Shown: positions 9,888-19,933 of the stretch, in pieces
Position numbering within the stretch: position 1 is the stretch's first letter
How the letters are laid out: every line of letters starts with the position of its first letter
Source of the DNA: a bacterium
GTDB taxonomy: Bacteria > Patescibacteriota > WWE3 > 2-01-FULL-39-13 > JAACPI01
Assembly: GCA_009995545.1 (NCBI GenBank)
Contig: JAACPI010000003.1
Coordinates: 5,781-69,780, forward strand
Direction: 5' to 3'
DNA length: 64,000 bases
Translations under genes and position numbers: made by a program
Notes under the pieces: generated by a model
Databases searched by the model: none
Told to the model about the DNA's origin: nothing
Seen by the model: only the letters and a program-made list of their open reading frames with translations

Positions 9888-11915
9888 GTGAAACTGTCCA
9901 AAAAAATAGCATTACCTTTATACTCAATTACCTTAATTCTTTTTGCATTGTCGCCTTTTTATATACTAGACAAATACTTAAATACCCAACAAAAAATTTT
10001 AAACACTGGAAGTGTTTTGGGGGATACAAGTTGTAGTTGTGATTGTGGTGGGAGTCCTGGGAGTTATACCGATGTATATTGTGGGGCGAAAGGATCTGCA
10101 GGCTACCAAGAAATTAGTGGTACTTGCTACGAAATACAGGGTCACTGTAACGCAGATGCCTCTGATGACGGATCCTCATGTAACGCAAACCACTACTACA
10201 CTACGCAAGGTTCCTCTGTAGACTCATCAAACTGTGGTTCCGGAGGTGGTGGAGGTGGAGATACTTGTAACATAAGCAGCTGTGCGGATGCAGGTGGGAA
10301 GGTTTGTAACTTTGGAGTTCCAACATCCTGTAGTGGTATGAACCAATCTTTGTGTAGCACTCACGCAGGTTCAGATTGTTTTTGGACAGGATCTAGCTGC
10401 ACCTGTGATCCTAACCAAGGAAACACCGGGGGCGAGGGAGACTGCGGGTTTAACATAACTTATTCAGATAGTCATGCCTGTAGCGGAGGTAATAGCGCTT
10501 CTTTAACAGCGACAATCACAAAAAAGGACCCTTCAAAATGTACCCAAGCCCTAGACGTAGATATAAATGCGGGCTCTTTTAGTTGCCCAGGAGAAGACTA
10601 TGCTGACGGAACTTGTAGAACTTGTGGTGGAGGATCAGGCAAAACAACAGTTACTATCCCCGCTAACGAGGCATCTAAAACACACTCAGTAAGCTGCCAA
10701 GTAGAAAATAACTGCGGCTCTTGCCAGGTAGACATTAACGGTACAGGCACACTTGTATACGATAACTCTGGATGTGGGCCTGTTGTAACTCCAGGACCTC
10801 AACCAACCTACTATGATATAGGGGGAAAGGCCTATTGTGTAATAAAAAGTACTGGTCAAAAAGAGTATAAAGGGGGCATAGATATCTCACTTGGGGGAAC
10901 TAAAATTGCTACTACAGATGGTTCAGGATCTTGGGCTGCCTCTAAAGAAGCGAGCACGTTGATTAACACATATATTAGACCTACCGGAGGATCTAACTTT
11001 CCTAATGCTTCTGCAACGGATCAAAGCACAGGGGTGAACAATGGAATTAATTGTACAGATAGCAATGTCGAAGGAGCAACTCGCAGAACCGAGGGAGTAG
11101 TAGAATCTGTAGGTTGTAAAAGAACAATTCCTACTAATGAGATTAATTTTAACCTAGGGTACTGCCCAATTCCAGATTGCACGAGTATCCAGGGCCCTAA
11201 AGACCTAATAGTTGGACAGCCCGCAACCTACAATGTTTCATTTTCTAAATCTGTGCCTAATGCCAAAGTCACTGGAGTTGGAATTTCTATAATCGACGGG
11301 AGTATAAATGCAGGAACCCAAGTATGTAGTTCAGATAACCAACCTGGAAGATACATTGTACAAGATGCCAACAACAATACCTCAATAAATTCTTTTAGCT
11401 GGACACCCAAAGCTACAGGCACATTTTCAATATACGGAAGAATCTGGAATGATGGTATTACCGAATGTAAAGCCGCGTGCGTTGACGGACCACCAAGATA
11501 CGAGTGCCAAAGTGCTACAAGTTGTCGAACGGAAGTAACAGTTAAAAACCCAGAGGTGCCTGTGCCTAATTTTAGCTGTGATGATTTACTTATGAGTTTC
11601 GAGAACGCTTCGGGGGCAGTTGAGTACAACGAAACATCACCAAATATACCCAAAGGTTATACCGGAAATATAATACTAACCTGTAAAGCCAGTTCCGCTA
11701 GTACCACAAAAATTGACAAAATAAAGTTTCAACTCTCGCTGAATGGAGCAATAGTTAAACAAGCTGACAATACAGATGTTAAGGAGGTAACAGTATCCGG
11801 AGAAAATAAACGTAAATTTGAGGCCACACAAAAGTTTGCTGTAAATTCAAAAGGAAAATACGAAGCAGATTCCATGGCATGTATTACCTTTGAAGGAAAT
11901 GAGTATTGTAATTAA
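9888..11915 (+). CDS. Large Cys- and Gly-rich secreted/surface protein
   Basis: N-terminal TM/signal segment. More than 50 Cys in CxC/CxxC-rich repeats. Gly-rich low-complexity run. Confidence 0.5.
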   Translation: MKLSKKIALPLYSITLILFALSPFYILDKYLNTQQKILNTGSVLGDTSCSCDCGGSPGSYTDVYCGAKGSAGYQEISGTCYEIQGHCNADASDDGSSCNANHYYTTQGSSVDSSNCGSGGGGGGDTCNISSCADAGGKVCNFGVPTSCSGMNQSLCSTHAGSDCFWTGSSCTCDPNQGNTGGEGDCGFNITYSDSHACSGGNSASLTATITKKDPSKCTQALDVDINAGSFSCPGEDYADGTCRTCGGGSGKTTVTIPANEASKTHSVSCQVENNCGSCQVDINGTGTLVYDNSGCGPVVTPGPQPTYYDIGGKAYCVIKSTGQKEYKGGIDISLGGTKIATTDGSGSWAASKEASTLINTYIRPTGGSNFPNASATDQSTGVNNGINCTDSNVEGATRRTEGVVESVGCKRTIPTNEINFNLGYCPIPDCTSIQGPKDLIVGQPATYNVSFSKSVPNAKVTGVGISIIDGSINAGTQVCSSDNQPGRYIVQDANNNTSINSFSWTPKATGTFSIYGRIWNDGITECKAACVDGPPRYECQSATSCRTEVTVKNPEVPVPNFSCDDLLMSFENASGAVEYNETSPNIPKGYTGNIILTCKASSASTTKIDKIKFQLSLNGAIVKQADNTDVKEVTVSGENKRKFEATQKFAVNSKGKYEADSMACITFEGNEYCN

Positions 11916-11917
11916 AA

Positions 11918-13915
11918 ATGAATATACAAGTAGAACAAAATAACAAAAGGATAATCAGTAATCAACCTAAAAACAAAGGAAAGGTTTGGAACGTCTTATT
12001 GGGTACCCTGGGTATTACTATGATCTTTTCTATAAGTTTTTTTGCAATAAAAAACTACCTAGTTAAAGAGACAGATATAAATTTTGTAGGTACAGACGCG
12101 TGTAGAGTAAGTTTTGAAATTCTTGAGGACTCTCTTCCGCCAAGCATCAGTTGTGCGAAATTAATCAACGGATCCCCTTCTAGTGAGCAAGACCCAACCT
12201 ATGTAGAAAACGGCAGTGAATTCTTTTACACTCTAAAAGCTAAAAATACAGGTTTAACCCCCGTTTTTGTAACTAAATTTGATGATTCTTTCAGTACTCT
12301 TAACACAAATAACTATGTTAAATTTTTAGAGATTACAGACTCGTCGGGTGTTAGTTGCACACTCGAACCAGTAAATATTTTAAACTGCACAGTAACAACA
12401 ACAACTTTAAACCCTGACCAAGAAATTTACGTAACTATAAAAACTAAGGCGATTGCAAAAACAGATCAAGATTCAATTATCAACGGCATAAAGGTAGAAG
12501 CTAGTAATGTAGAACAAGATAAAAATATAAATAAAGAATGTGTTTCAGCTCTAAAAGTAGTACAAACAGTTTATACAAAATTTAGTTGCACAAAAGAGTT
12601 TACAGACGCCTCAGTGTCTATCGGAAAATCCCAAAATGCTAGCATTAAACTATTCTCAAGTACAACTACAAACAATACAGATGTAAAAAGTAATGAGGTA
12701 ATTTTTGATAAGGATATAAATAAGATCGACACCTTGCAGGTTTTAGACCCTCTTTATAATTACCCTGTATTTAACAATAAAAACACGAGTTGGCTTACCC
12801 TACCTATAATAAAAGAGGGATATCCCAAATGCGAAATAAAGGAGATACCCGATAAAGGCAAAGAAGTATTTTGTATTCAAGATAATGTAATTTTTGAAAC
12901 AGGAAAAAACTTACTAGAATTTAGCTCTACAATAGTAGACAATGCCACCCCTTCAGAAGACATTATTAACTCCTCCGCCCTAAATATTGTTGTTAATGGG
13001 AGCGCGCAAACAGTTTATTGTAGTGATACAGTTAAAGTATTGGAAAAAGAAGAGTCTAATCTAGAGTGCTCAAAATCTTTTTATAACGAAATGGGAGAAA
13101 AACTTGATGACAAGGCAAAGGTCAGTGCTGGTAAAAAAATACTAGCTAAAATCGAAATTAAAAATAAGGGAAACACCTTACTAGAGGGAGTTAAACTGAA
13201 AGATCCTTTAGACAAAAGCTATAAATCAGAAGGCGCACAGAACTTGAATTACTTACAATATAAAGAAATATCTAGTAGCAGTTCACAAGAAACAAAAGAT
13301 AAATGTAATATTAACAGTAAAAAAGATGAGGTTACTTGCGAAAATATTAAGATCAATCCTGGGGAATCTACCACACTATACACCTTATTAAAGTTACAAG
13401 AATCAGTAGAAGATAAAAAACAGGTTATAAACGTAGCTAAAGTTGAATATACCGATAGTGAGGGGAATAAATTGCAAGGTTACTGTAAAGATAATTTTGA
13501 AACTAATGCTAAAGAAGAATCTACCCACTTAGAGTGCAGTAACAGTGCTTGTATAACAGTCGATGGTTCAGGAGAAGACGGATGTGCAACTGATGCAAAC
13601 TGCTCATACACAACTTGCGAAGGAAACAGCTGTACGCAAAAAGAATGTACAAGTGGCAACTGTAACAGCAGTTGTACTGCGGACAATGACTGTGTTACAG
13701 GTCAGCAAAGTCACCTGATTTGTCAAAATCAATCCTGTGAACAGGTTTTAGGTGCAGGTATAAGTAAGTGTTCTAATAATAACGACTGTAGCTTAGAAGT
13801 ACAAAAACCAATACCAGATACTGGAAAAACAGACTACACTATTTACCTAGCTTTAAGTGCATTAGGTATAGGTTTATTTGTTAGCTTAATACTTTTTAGA
13901 AAATCTAAAGTTTAA
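11918..13915 (+). CDS. Cell-surface protein with a C-terminal sortase-type sorting signal (IPDTG, hydrophobic stretch, RKSKV tail), Cys-rich EGF-like repeats and DUF11-like beta repeats
   Basis: The C-terminus PIPDTGKTDYTIYLALSALGIGLFVSLILFRKSKV is a classic LPXTG-like tripartite signal. Starts 3 nt after the preceding gene, so an operon is likely. Confidence 0.5.
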   Translation: MNIQVEQNNKRIISNQPKNKGKVWNVLLGTLGITMIFSISFFAIKNYLVKETDINFVGTDACRVSFEILEDSLPPSISCAKLINGSPSSEQDPTYVENGSEFFYTLKAKNTGLTPVFVTKFDDSFSTLNTNNYVKFLEITDSSGVSCTLEPVNILNCTVTTTTLNPDQEIYVTIKTKAIAKTDQDSIINGIKVEASNVEQDKNINKECVSALKVVQTVYTKFSCTKEFTDASVSIGKSQNASIKLFSSTTTNNTDVKSNEVIFDKDINKIDTLQVLDPLYNYPVFNNKNTSWLTLPIIKEGYPKCEIKEIPDKGKEVFCIQDNVIFETGKNLLEFSSTIVDNATPSEDIINSSALNIVVNGSAQTVYCSDTVKVLEKEESNLECSKSFYNEMGEKLDDKAKVSAGKKILAKIEIKNKGNTLLEGVKLKDPLDKSYKSEGAQNLNYLQYKEISSSSSQETKDKCNINSKKDEVTCENIKINPGESTTLYTLLKLQESVEDKKQVINVAKVEYTDSEGNKLQGYCKDNFETNAKEESTHLECSNSACITVDGSGEDGCATDANCSYTTCEGNSCTQKECTSGNCNSSCTADNDCVTGQQSHLICQNQSCEQVLGAGISKCSNNNDCSLEVQKPIPDTGKTDYTIYLALSALGIGLFVSLILFRKSKV

Positions 13916-13950
13916 TTCTACTGGAGTAAATAAAAAAACAAAGTCACAGC

Positions 13951-14646
13951 TTAGTACTTATAAGTATACATAGTTATACCTTTATTCTTAGAAATAGTCA
14001 GATAACTAGCATGCTGTTTACCAACAAAGCCAGGATTAGCGTACAGTCTATTTAACTCTCTATAATGAGTGTGTCCAAAAATAACCCTCTCAAATTTTCC
14101 AGACTCTTTAGAAAATGCCTTAAAGATACTTAAGTTTATATCTTTTAAGTAAGAAACTTCTTTTTCAAGCGTTTCTAGTTTTGGTTCTAAATTGGAAACT
14201 ATTCTGTCGTAGTAAAGTAAAAGGATTTTTGTAACGATGCGTGGCATAAGATAGAGGTAATAACGAACATCTATACTTTTTAAATGTAAATGGCCGTGTA
14301 AAAATGCGTATCTTTTCCCATAAATATTTTTAACTACATACCTACCGGAAGTATACTCAATATTTTTTAAAAATGGAAAATCAAAATCTTTATCATGGTT
14401 ACCTCGTATAAATAAACACTTTTTTTTGTCTAAAACTTGAAATAACTCCAAATACTTATAATAAATGGCATTGGGAGAACTACGGTAACCCTCGAACAAA
14501 TCACCAACAACTATTATTTTAGAGTACCGATTAAATAAATCAGTCAGAAAATGTATTTTATTAAGAGGGGTTTTATCTGTTAAATGTAAATCAGATATTA
14601 CTAAATAGGACATGGTATGGTATAGTATATCGCAAAATGGACACAA
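13951..14646 (-). CDS. Calcineurin-like metallophosphoesterase
   Basis: Motifs ISDLHL, VVGDLFEG, GNHD, GHLH, GHTH. Confidence 0.7.
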   Translation of the reverse strand: MCPFCDILYHTMSYLVISDLHLTDKTPLNKIHFLTDLFNRYSKIIVVGDLFEGYRSSPNAIYYKYLELFQVLDKKKCLFIRGNHDKDFDFPFLKNIEYTSGRYVVKNIYGKRYAFLHGHLHLKSIDVRYYLYLMPRIVTKILLLYYDRIVSNLEPKLETLEKEVSYLKDINLSIFKAFSKESGKFERVIFGHTHYRELNRLYANPGFVGKQHASYLTISKNKGITMYTYKY

Positions 14647-15977
14647 ATGAAGGCCAAAAAAATTTATCTTTTAATGAATACACACCCAATATGTATTCTC
14701 TTCGACCATTTGTTCAAGACAATGCACCTGAAACTACCAAAACACTTATAGATCCATTTATTAGCGACTTTTCTGACTCTACTTATATAGCTGCAGCTAT
14801 GCTTCTTACCCCGGAAATTTTAGGGACTCTTACTAATTTTTTGTTGCATAAAAAAACAACTCGAAGATCCCTACTGCTAGGAATGGGAATCGCAGCTGCT
14901 GGTATGGTTAAATTGGCAGATACCGCAGATCTAGCTGAAAGGTTGTTAAGCTATTATGAAAACGAAGGTCGTGAAAATATGTTTGCAGAGAGAACCCTGT
15001 TAAGGTCACCGGAGCTTGCTTACTATAAATTATACCTAGATACAGTCGCTACCTTTGATTACCAGAGTAGACTTAAAAATCAATCAGTCCTAGAGTCTCC
15101 AAAGCAGGAGTTTTCAGACACAGGTGATTACCTGGAAATGACTTTTTTACAACGAAACAAAGAAGTAAAATTTTTTGGCTACAGATCCCAAAAACCTATA
15201 AGTATAGACCTTGACGGGAGTTATTTAGCTCAAAATGCTAGGCAATTTCACTCTATGAGTAATCAAAAGTGTTCCTGCTTTCTAAATGCCACCAGCCTAT
15301 CAGCAATTGAGTGGTCTAAGGCTATAGCGATCGGAGAAACGGAAATGTCCAAACCGGAAGAAAAAATAGTTTATGGTTCTGAAAGCCTATTTGTTTACCA
15401 AGCACTGCATAAAAATTCTCCTGTGTGGGAACATGCAAGATATCTCATGACCCACAATCACCCAAACTTTTCGGAGCTTACCCTACGACCGGGTAATAAA
15501 AATCAGCACGCAGTTGTAGCAAACGAGGCGGGTGAAATGTCCGTAGTTTCAAACGTAGTGCTGTCAGAATGGGTGAAAAATAAATTTTTACCAAAAGGTA
15601 TAAAATACGCATGGTTACCTCAATTTTGTTTTGTACCCGATCAAGAAGGTATTAACTACGACATTCCCTTTAACGACTTACATCACAGAATGCTGTCTTT
15701 ACTAGCCTACGATGGGCAACAAACATATTTAATCTCGGGAAAGCCCGATTATTTCTGCACTCCTTGGGACATTAGAGATGTCGTTAAATATTTTCAAGAT
15801 GCTTATAAAACTAAGTTTAAATTTGTAGCGTGCACAGATGTAGGTTTAGCAGGAGGTTTTAATATTTCTGATGACAATAGAAATGTATTTAAACCTAGCT
15901 TAGAGGGATTTTGCTCAACTGGAAAAGTTTTACCAAAAGCTTTAGATCATACGGCCTCTGTAATATTGGGAATATAG
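14637..15977 (+). CDS. Hypothetical protein
   Basis: 446-aa ORF, divergent from the phosphoesterase. No motif recognised. Confidence 0.4.
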   Translation: MDTNEGQKNLSFNEYTPNMYSLRPFVQDNAPETTKTLIDPFISDFSDSTYIAAAMLLTPEILGTLTNFLLHKKTTRRSLLLGMGIAAAGMVKLADTADLAERLLSYYENEGRENMFAERTLLRSPELAYYKLYLDTVATFDYQSRLKNQSVLESPKQEFSDTGDYLEMTFLQRNKEVKFFGYRSQKPISIDLDGSYLAQNARQFHSMSNQKCSCFLNATSLSAIEWSKAIAIGETEMSKPEEKIVYGSESLFVYQALHKNSPVWEHARYLMTHNHPNFSELTLRPGNKNQHAVVANEAGEMSVVSNVVLSEWVKNKFLPKGIKYAWLPQFCFVPDQEGINYDIPFNDLHHRMLSLLAYDGQQTYLISGKPDYFCTPWDIRDVVKYFQDAYKTKFKFVACTDVGLAGGFNISDDNRNVFKPSLEGFCSTGKVLPKALDHTASVILGI

Positions 15978-16088
15978 TGTGGTTTTGTAAACAAGCTAGG
16001 CTTGTAAACTGTATACCACACAATCAAGGATATACCTTGAAACAGTTTAGTTACTATCGTGCACTAGTGCAAAATAGTAAATTACTCT

Positions 16089-16727
16089 TTAAAGCAGCTC
16101 TACCACCTCCTTGGCCCTATCTAAAGTATTACGAACCTTTTGAACGGATTCAGCATATTCCTCAGGTAATCCCGCGGGGTAAAGACGCGTTAACCACAAG
16201 GGACTAATCAGACATAGAGAAAAAGAATCGACGTACATACCACCGGACCGCCTCACACGAGGATTACGACCTGTAATATGGTAGCCGACGCGCTCAAGAG
16301 CCTTTCTGGAGCCAAGATTTTCAATCATAACCTCAGACTGAATAGTCGCACGGTCAAGATAGGTAAGCGCGTACCAAGTGCGTGCCACATGGGCGCGGCT
16401 TGCAACACCTTTTCCCCACCAACTAGGGTCACAGATAATAATCCCAGTGTGACAACTGTTAGAACTATTTATATCGTGAATCCCGGTAGAACCAACGACT
16501 TTACCGTGCCCTTCAGGCTCGATTGCCCAGTAGACATCTTCGTTCTCCTGAGCCTTGTCAAACCACTTCTCCTCCATCTGTTGAGTGAAACCTCGGGACT
16601 GCAGAGTGTACTCATGAACTCTGGGACTGCTAAACATGTCAGCAAAGTAACCCATCTCCTCACGTTTAAAAGGACGAAGATTGATATAGAATCCGTCCCA
16701 ACCAACTTTGAACTTAGGTCCAAACAT
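16089..16727 (-). CDS. GNAT N-acetyltransferase (RimJ/RimL-like)
   Basis: GNAT core GHGKVVGSTGIHDI...GIIICDPSWWGKGVASRA...IQSEVMIENLGSRKALERVGY. Strong SD (AAGGAG) 8 nt before the ATG. Locally ~50% GC against the ~32% background. Confidence 0.7.
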   Translation of the reverse strand: MFGPKFKVGWDGFYINLRPFKREEMGYFADMFSSPRVHEYTLQSRGFTQQMEEKWFDKAQENEDVYWAIEPEGHGKVVGSTGIHDINSSNSCHTGIIICDPSWWGKGVASRAHVARTWYALTYLDRATIQSEVMIENLGSRKALERVGYHITGRNPRVRRSGGMYVDSFSLCLISPLWLTRLYPAGLPEEYAESVQKVRNTLDRAKEVVELL

Positions 16728-16871
16728 GTGATTTCTCCTTTGATAGTGGCTGTAGTTGAGTTGTTAAAGAGCTTCTTTGTTCTTTAGTTGTCTTTGTATT
16801 TCCTTAGCTACAAAGGGTTTAAAGAACCAAAAAAGCCTTCAAATAGAGATTTATTAAGTGAAAATAAGCAC

Positions 16872-16896
16872 AAAAAAAGCCTCCGTTTGGAGGCTT
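16872..16896 (-). terminator. Hairpin (AAGCCTCC-GTTT-GGAGGCTT) followed by a T7 run on the minus strand
   Basis: Seen directly in the sequence. Which transcript it ends is unclear. Confidence 0.35.
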
Positions 16897-17220
16897 ATCC
16901 GGGTGTTTAAAGGGGGGTTAAATCTTAGATAAGCCACAAACTTGCGCAATAACCTGCATAACAGGGTTTAAACCCGCTGTTGCAGAAATATTAAGTTTGC
17001 AGTTCCATCTAAAATAGTTCATATCTAGGATATTATAACTGTTATTTCTACTTAATCAAGTACTATAGGGTGTTTATTGAATTAATAACAAATAACACAT
17101 ATTGTAAAATAACCCTGTCTAATGGTTTATAGTACGATTTAAGTGGAAAACTACGGATTAAAACGTTATAATCTAGCAGGCTAAGCCTAAGTATCCTGAA
17201 TACGGGGGTTAGCTATTTAT

Positions 17221-17298
17221 GGTGGCTGTAGCTCAATTGGTTAGAGCGCCGCTTTGTGGAAGCGGAGGCAGTGGGTTCAAATCCCATCAGCCACCCCA
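17221..17298 (+). tRNA. tRNA-His (anticodon GTG) with encoded G-1 and 3' CCA
   Basis: Hand-folded cloverleaf. Acceptor GTGGCTG/CAGCCAC, with an extra 5' G pairing the discriminator C, which is the His hallmark. D-stem GCTC/GAGC. Anticodon loop TTGTGGA. T-arm GTGGG-TTCAAAT-CCCAT. Confidence 0.85.
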
Positions 17299-17330
17299 CC
17301 TTAAAATCCTTTACCTAAGCCATCTGTAGT
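17274..17330 (+). repeat. att-like repeat copy 1: tRNA-His 3' half plus 32 nt of downstream flank
   Basis: Near-identical copies at 18716-18776 and 19813-19866. Confidence 0.7.
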
Positions 17331-17496
17331 GGTATAAAACACTACTGATAACTACTGCCACTTAGGCTAGTCTTTATTGCAGACAAGCACTTTTGTTCGG
17401 ATATCATCCTACAACAAAAGAGCACAGACATTTTCGCCCTCGAAGAAGGAGTCGCATTTTCACAGACACACAAGTATACAACTCTAGTCATTGAGC

Positions 17497-18648
17497 TTAA
17501 AGATTTTCCTTAATCCATAGATTTAGAGGATCCCTCTGTTTGATATAAGACTCTACAGTGATCGGGATAGGAATATTTGGCTTGAGTACATCTAGGTCTT
17601 GTCCAGGCAATAACTCAAAATACTTATACGAACACTGAACTTCAATTTTAGAGTTTGGCAGGACTATGTCCTTTCTATCACCAAATCTATTAGGCTTTTG
17701 TCCTGCATTTTCTCCAATTAGCACTGCGTTTTTATGTTGTTTCAAAAAAAGCGTATGATGCATGGCAGACGAAAATGTTTCTCTACCGATTGCTACATAC
17801 GTTGGAGTATTATCTGGGAAATTTTCGAAGGAGTCTTCCATAACACTAGTATCACCTCCGCCGTTAAGGCGTAAGTCTACAATAATGCTCTTTGCTTTAG
17901 AGGCTTCGAGAGAAAGAACTTTTTTAAACTTCTTCAGTTCATTCTCAGTGTGTCCTCTGTTGTTACAAGCATTGTACTGAAATACAAGGGTTTCTTCTTC
18001 CATGCGAAGCCTATACGTATTGTTTCCTGTGTAGGTGGGATTTTTAATGTAATCAGATTTCTTCCAAGTTAATGGTTTCAGTACAATTGCATTTTGAAAT
18101 TCTTCCTCAGTTCCTTTGTTAATTTCAAAACTCCCTTCAGACGTCTCTATATTTAATAAGTCTTTCTTGCTCACATCTATATATTTGAGAATATTGTTGG
18201 ATTGTAGATAGATCGAAACATCTCTAAACAGAACCTCTAAGTTCTCTTGTGAAGACAGCTTTGCTATTCTCTTGGTAAGTTCTTCAATCGAGATATCATT
18301 TATGCTTAAAAGTTTCTTTCCAAGAAAAGCTTTTTTGTTTTCTGTGATACCTACGATGTGGAGAATATCTCCTATAAATATGTATTTTATAGGAAATAGG
18401 GACCCTCCTATTCTAGTAACTTTTGTATGGGCGTCTCTCAATAACACTAAAGCTTCTTGAATAACGTACCTCATCTCCTCTTCAGTACAATCAAGAGTTT
18501 TGGACAATTCCTTTTCGAAGTCCTTTTTTTCAACATTTTTATAAGGATCACAATGTATTTGTTCTATCCCAGATACTAAGTATTTAATGTCTTCCTTCTT
18601 TTCCTTAGTAGTTAATTGGGTAGATTTTATGTTTTTGCTCATTTTCAA
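17497..18648 (-). CDS. S41-family (C-terminal processing/tail-specific protease-like) peptidase
   Basis: DLRLNGGGD and GRETFSSAMHH...NAVLIGE resemble the S41 DLRNNGGG and Ser-containing catalytic blocks. Confidence 0.55.
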   Translation of the reverse strand: MKMSKNIKSTQLTTKEKKEDIKYLVSGIEQIHCDPYKNVEKKDFEKELSKTLDCTEEEMRYVIQEALVLLRDAHTKVTRIGGSLFPIKYIFIGDILHIVGITENKKAFLGKKLLSINDISIEELTKRIAKLSSQENLEVLFRDVSIYLQSNNILKYIDVSKKDLLNIETSEGSFEINKGTEEEFQNAIVLKPLTWKKSDYIKNPTYTGNNTYRLRMEEETLVFQYNACNNRGHTENELKKFKKVLSLEASKAKSIIVDLRLNGGGDTSVMEDSFENFPDNTPTYVAIGRETFSSAMHHTLFLKQHKNAVLIGENAGQKPNRFGDRKDIVLPNSKIEVQCSYKYFELLPGQDLDVLKPNIPIPITVESYIKQRDPLNLWIKENL

Positions 18649-18715
18649 GTTATATCATAATAGTATCTATATTATACAATTACTCTTATCAAAATCTCTA
18701 TTTCACCAACTATTT

Positions 18716-18776
18716 GGTTCAAACCAAAAATCTATCAGCTACCCCACCTTAAAACCCTTTACCTAAGCCATTTGTA
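18716..18776 (+). repeat. att-like repeat copy 2 (degenerate tRNA-His 3' end plus flank)
   Basis: GGTTCAAACCAAAAATCTATCAGCTACCCCACCTTAAAACCCTTTACCTAAGCCATTTGTAG versus the tRNA's GGGTTCAAATCCCATCAGCCACCCCACCTTAAAATCCTTTACCTAAGCCATCTGTAG. Confidence 0.7.
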
Positions 18777-18914
18777 GGCGTCATAACATACCCCTATGAG
18801 ACTTACTTGAACTCCTAGACTTCCGAACCTAAAAATATTTTAAAATGAATATTACTGAAGCTTATTGGTTGTTATTAATTTTGTTATTTGAAATAAACTT
18901 GTTAAAATTTTCTT

Positions 18915-19760
18915 ATGGATATGAACTTACTTGAGGAAAAATTTAAAGGACTTCCAGATCATAAAAAAGTTGCTTTTAAAGCATTAAAATATTTAAGTGA
19001 GTCTCCAGATGTAATAGGATTGTACTTATCTGGATCTTTTGCAAAGGGTCTACCAGACATATATTCTGACTTAGATATAAATATACTAGTTGATCCCACA
19101 AAGCGAGAAAAGATAGTTAAAGAGCACCAAGAAAACCTAATTAAAAATGTAGGTAAGATAGCCACTTTATTTCCCGCAACTCACTTAGGTGACCCTAACC
19201 AAATAATCGTTTTTTATGAAGAAGGCGTACCAATTCACGTAGATTACCAATATAGAGTACTGGAAGATCTTTTACCCACTTCAAAAAATAAAGATGTATT
19301 AGTCTTATTTGACCCTGGAGGTGTCTTAACTGAGTGGAAAAGTAAGTGCTTAATTGCTAAACCTGAGACCCTACCGATTAACGATAAAATGCAATATTTT
19401 GAAGATAGATTTTGGGGTTGGTGCGCCTACACGGATGCAAAAATTGAAAGAGGTGAACTGTGGGAATCTAGAGACGCTCTTGAATACTTAAGATCTAATG
19501 TACTAGTTTCTTTGGCTTATTTTAAGCTCGGATTACCAAATGAAGGAAATAGGAGGCTAGAGTCTAAATTCCCTACCGATATACTTAATTCACTAACCAG
19601 TACTGTTCCTTTGGGCTTGGATAAAAATTCATATAAAGATGCTTTACTAAGTACGATTGAAGGCTACACAACTCTTTTCAGGGATGTCTCTAGCTTAAAC
19701 ACCACTAACAAAACCACCCTAGCGGATCGCGAATATTTTATCCGCTCGATCAAAAGCTAA
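18915..19760 (+). CDS. Nucleotidyltransferase-fold protein (ANT/aminoglycoside-lincosamide adenylyltransferase-like architecture)
   Basis: GS...D.D NTase motif (LSGSFAKGLPDIYSDLDINILVD) plus a C-terminal helical domain. 281 aa. Confidence 0.5.
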   Translation: MDMNLLEEKFKGLPDHKKVAFKALKYLSESPDVIGLYLSGSFAKGLPDIYSDLDINILVDPTKREKIVKEHQENLIKNVGKIATLFPATHLGDPNQIIVFYEEGVPIHVDYQYRVLEDLLPTSKNKDVLVLFDPGGVLTEWKSKCLIAKPETLPINDKMQYFEDRFWGWCAYTDAKIERGELWESRDALEYLRSNVLVSLAYFKLGLPNEGNRRLESKFPTDILNSLTSTVPLGLDKNSYKDALLSTIEGYTTLFRDVSSLNTTNKTTLADREYFIRSIKS

Positions 19761-19770
19761 TACACAGATT

Positions 19771-19866
19771 AGACAAACAAATACTCCTTCACAAACACTT
19801 TCGTTCGAGTATCGTTCAATTGCCGACCCCCACCTTTAAAACCCTTTACCTAAGCCATTTATACCG
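19771..19866 (+). repeat. Composite repeat R1/copy 3: AAACAAACAAATACTCCTTCACAAACACTTT block, pseudo-tRNA 3' half, then the tRNA downstream flank
   Basis: Left half matches 22901-22945. Right half matches 17296-17330 and 18741-18776. About 50 nt downstream of it also resemble the sequence after copy 2. Confidence 0.65.
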
Positions 19867-19933
19867 ATTGTAAAACACCCTGATGGGACGTTACTCGAAC
19901 TCATAGGATTGGAAATCAAAAATCACCCAGGTT

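Noticed and set aside
10012-10221. 69-aa + ORF inside the Cys-rich protein gene
   Set aside because: Alternative frame of a compositionally biased region. The main frame is continuous with a signal peptide.
15911-16207. 98-aa + ORF spanning the 14637-15977 / GNAT junction
   Set aside because: Overlaps two better-supported genes on both sides. No SD or motif.
16278-16787. ORF 16278-16787(+) and 16469-16723(-), overlapping the GNAT gene
   Set aside because: The GNAT frame has clear acetyltransferase motifs and a strong SD. The overlapping frames are GC-induced artefacts.
17274-19866. Could the three ~60-bp direct repeats be a CRISPR array?
   Set aside because: Only three copies, ~1.1-1.4 kb apart with protein-coding 'spacers'. 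The repeats match the tRNA-His 3' end. They are att-like duplications, not CRISPR.
17299-19933. Prophage integrated at tRNA-His
   Set aside because: No integrase, capsid, terminase or other phage genes. The segments are single-gene cassettes of 1.0-1.4 kb.
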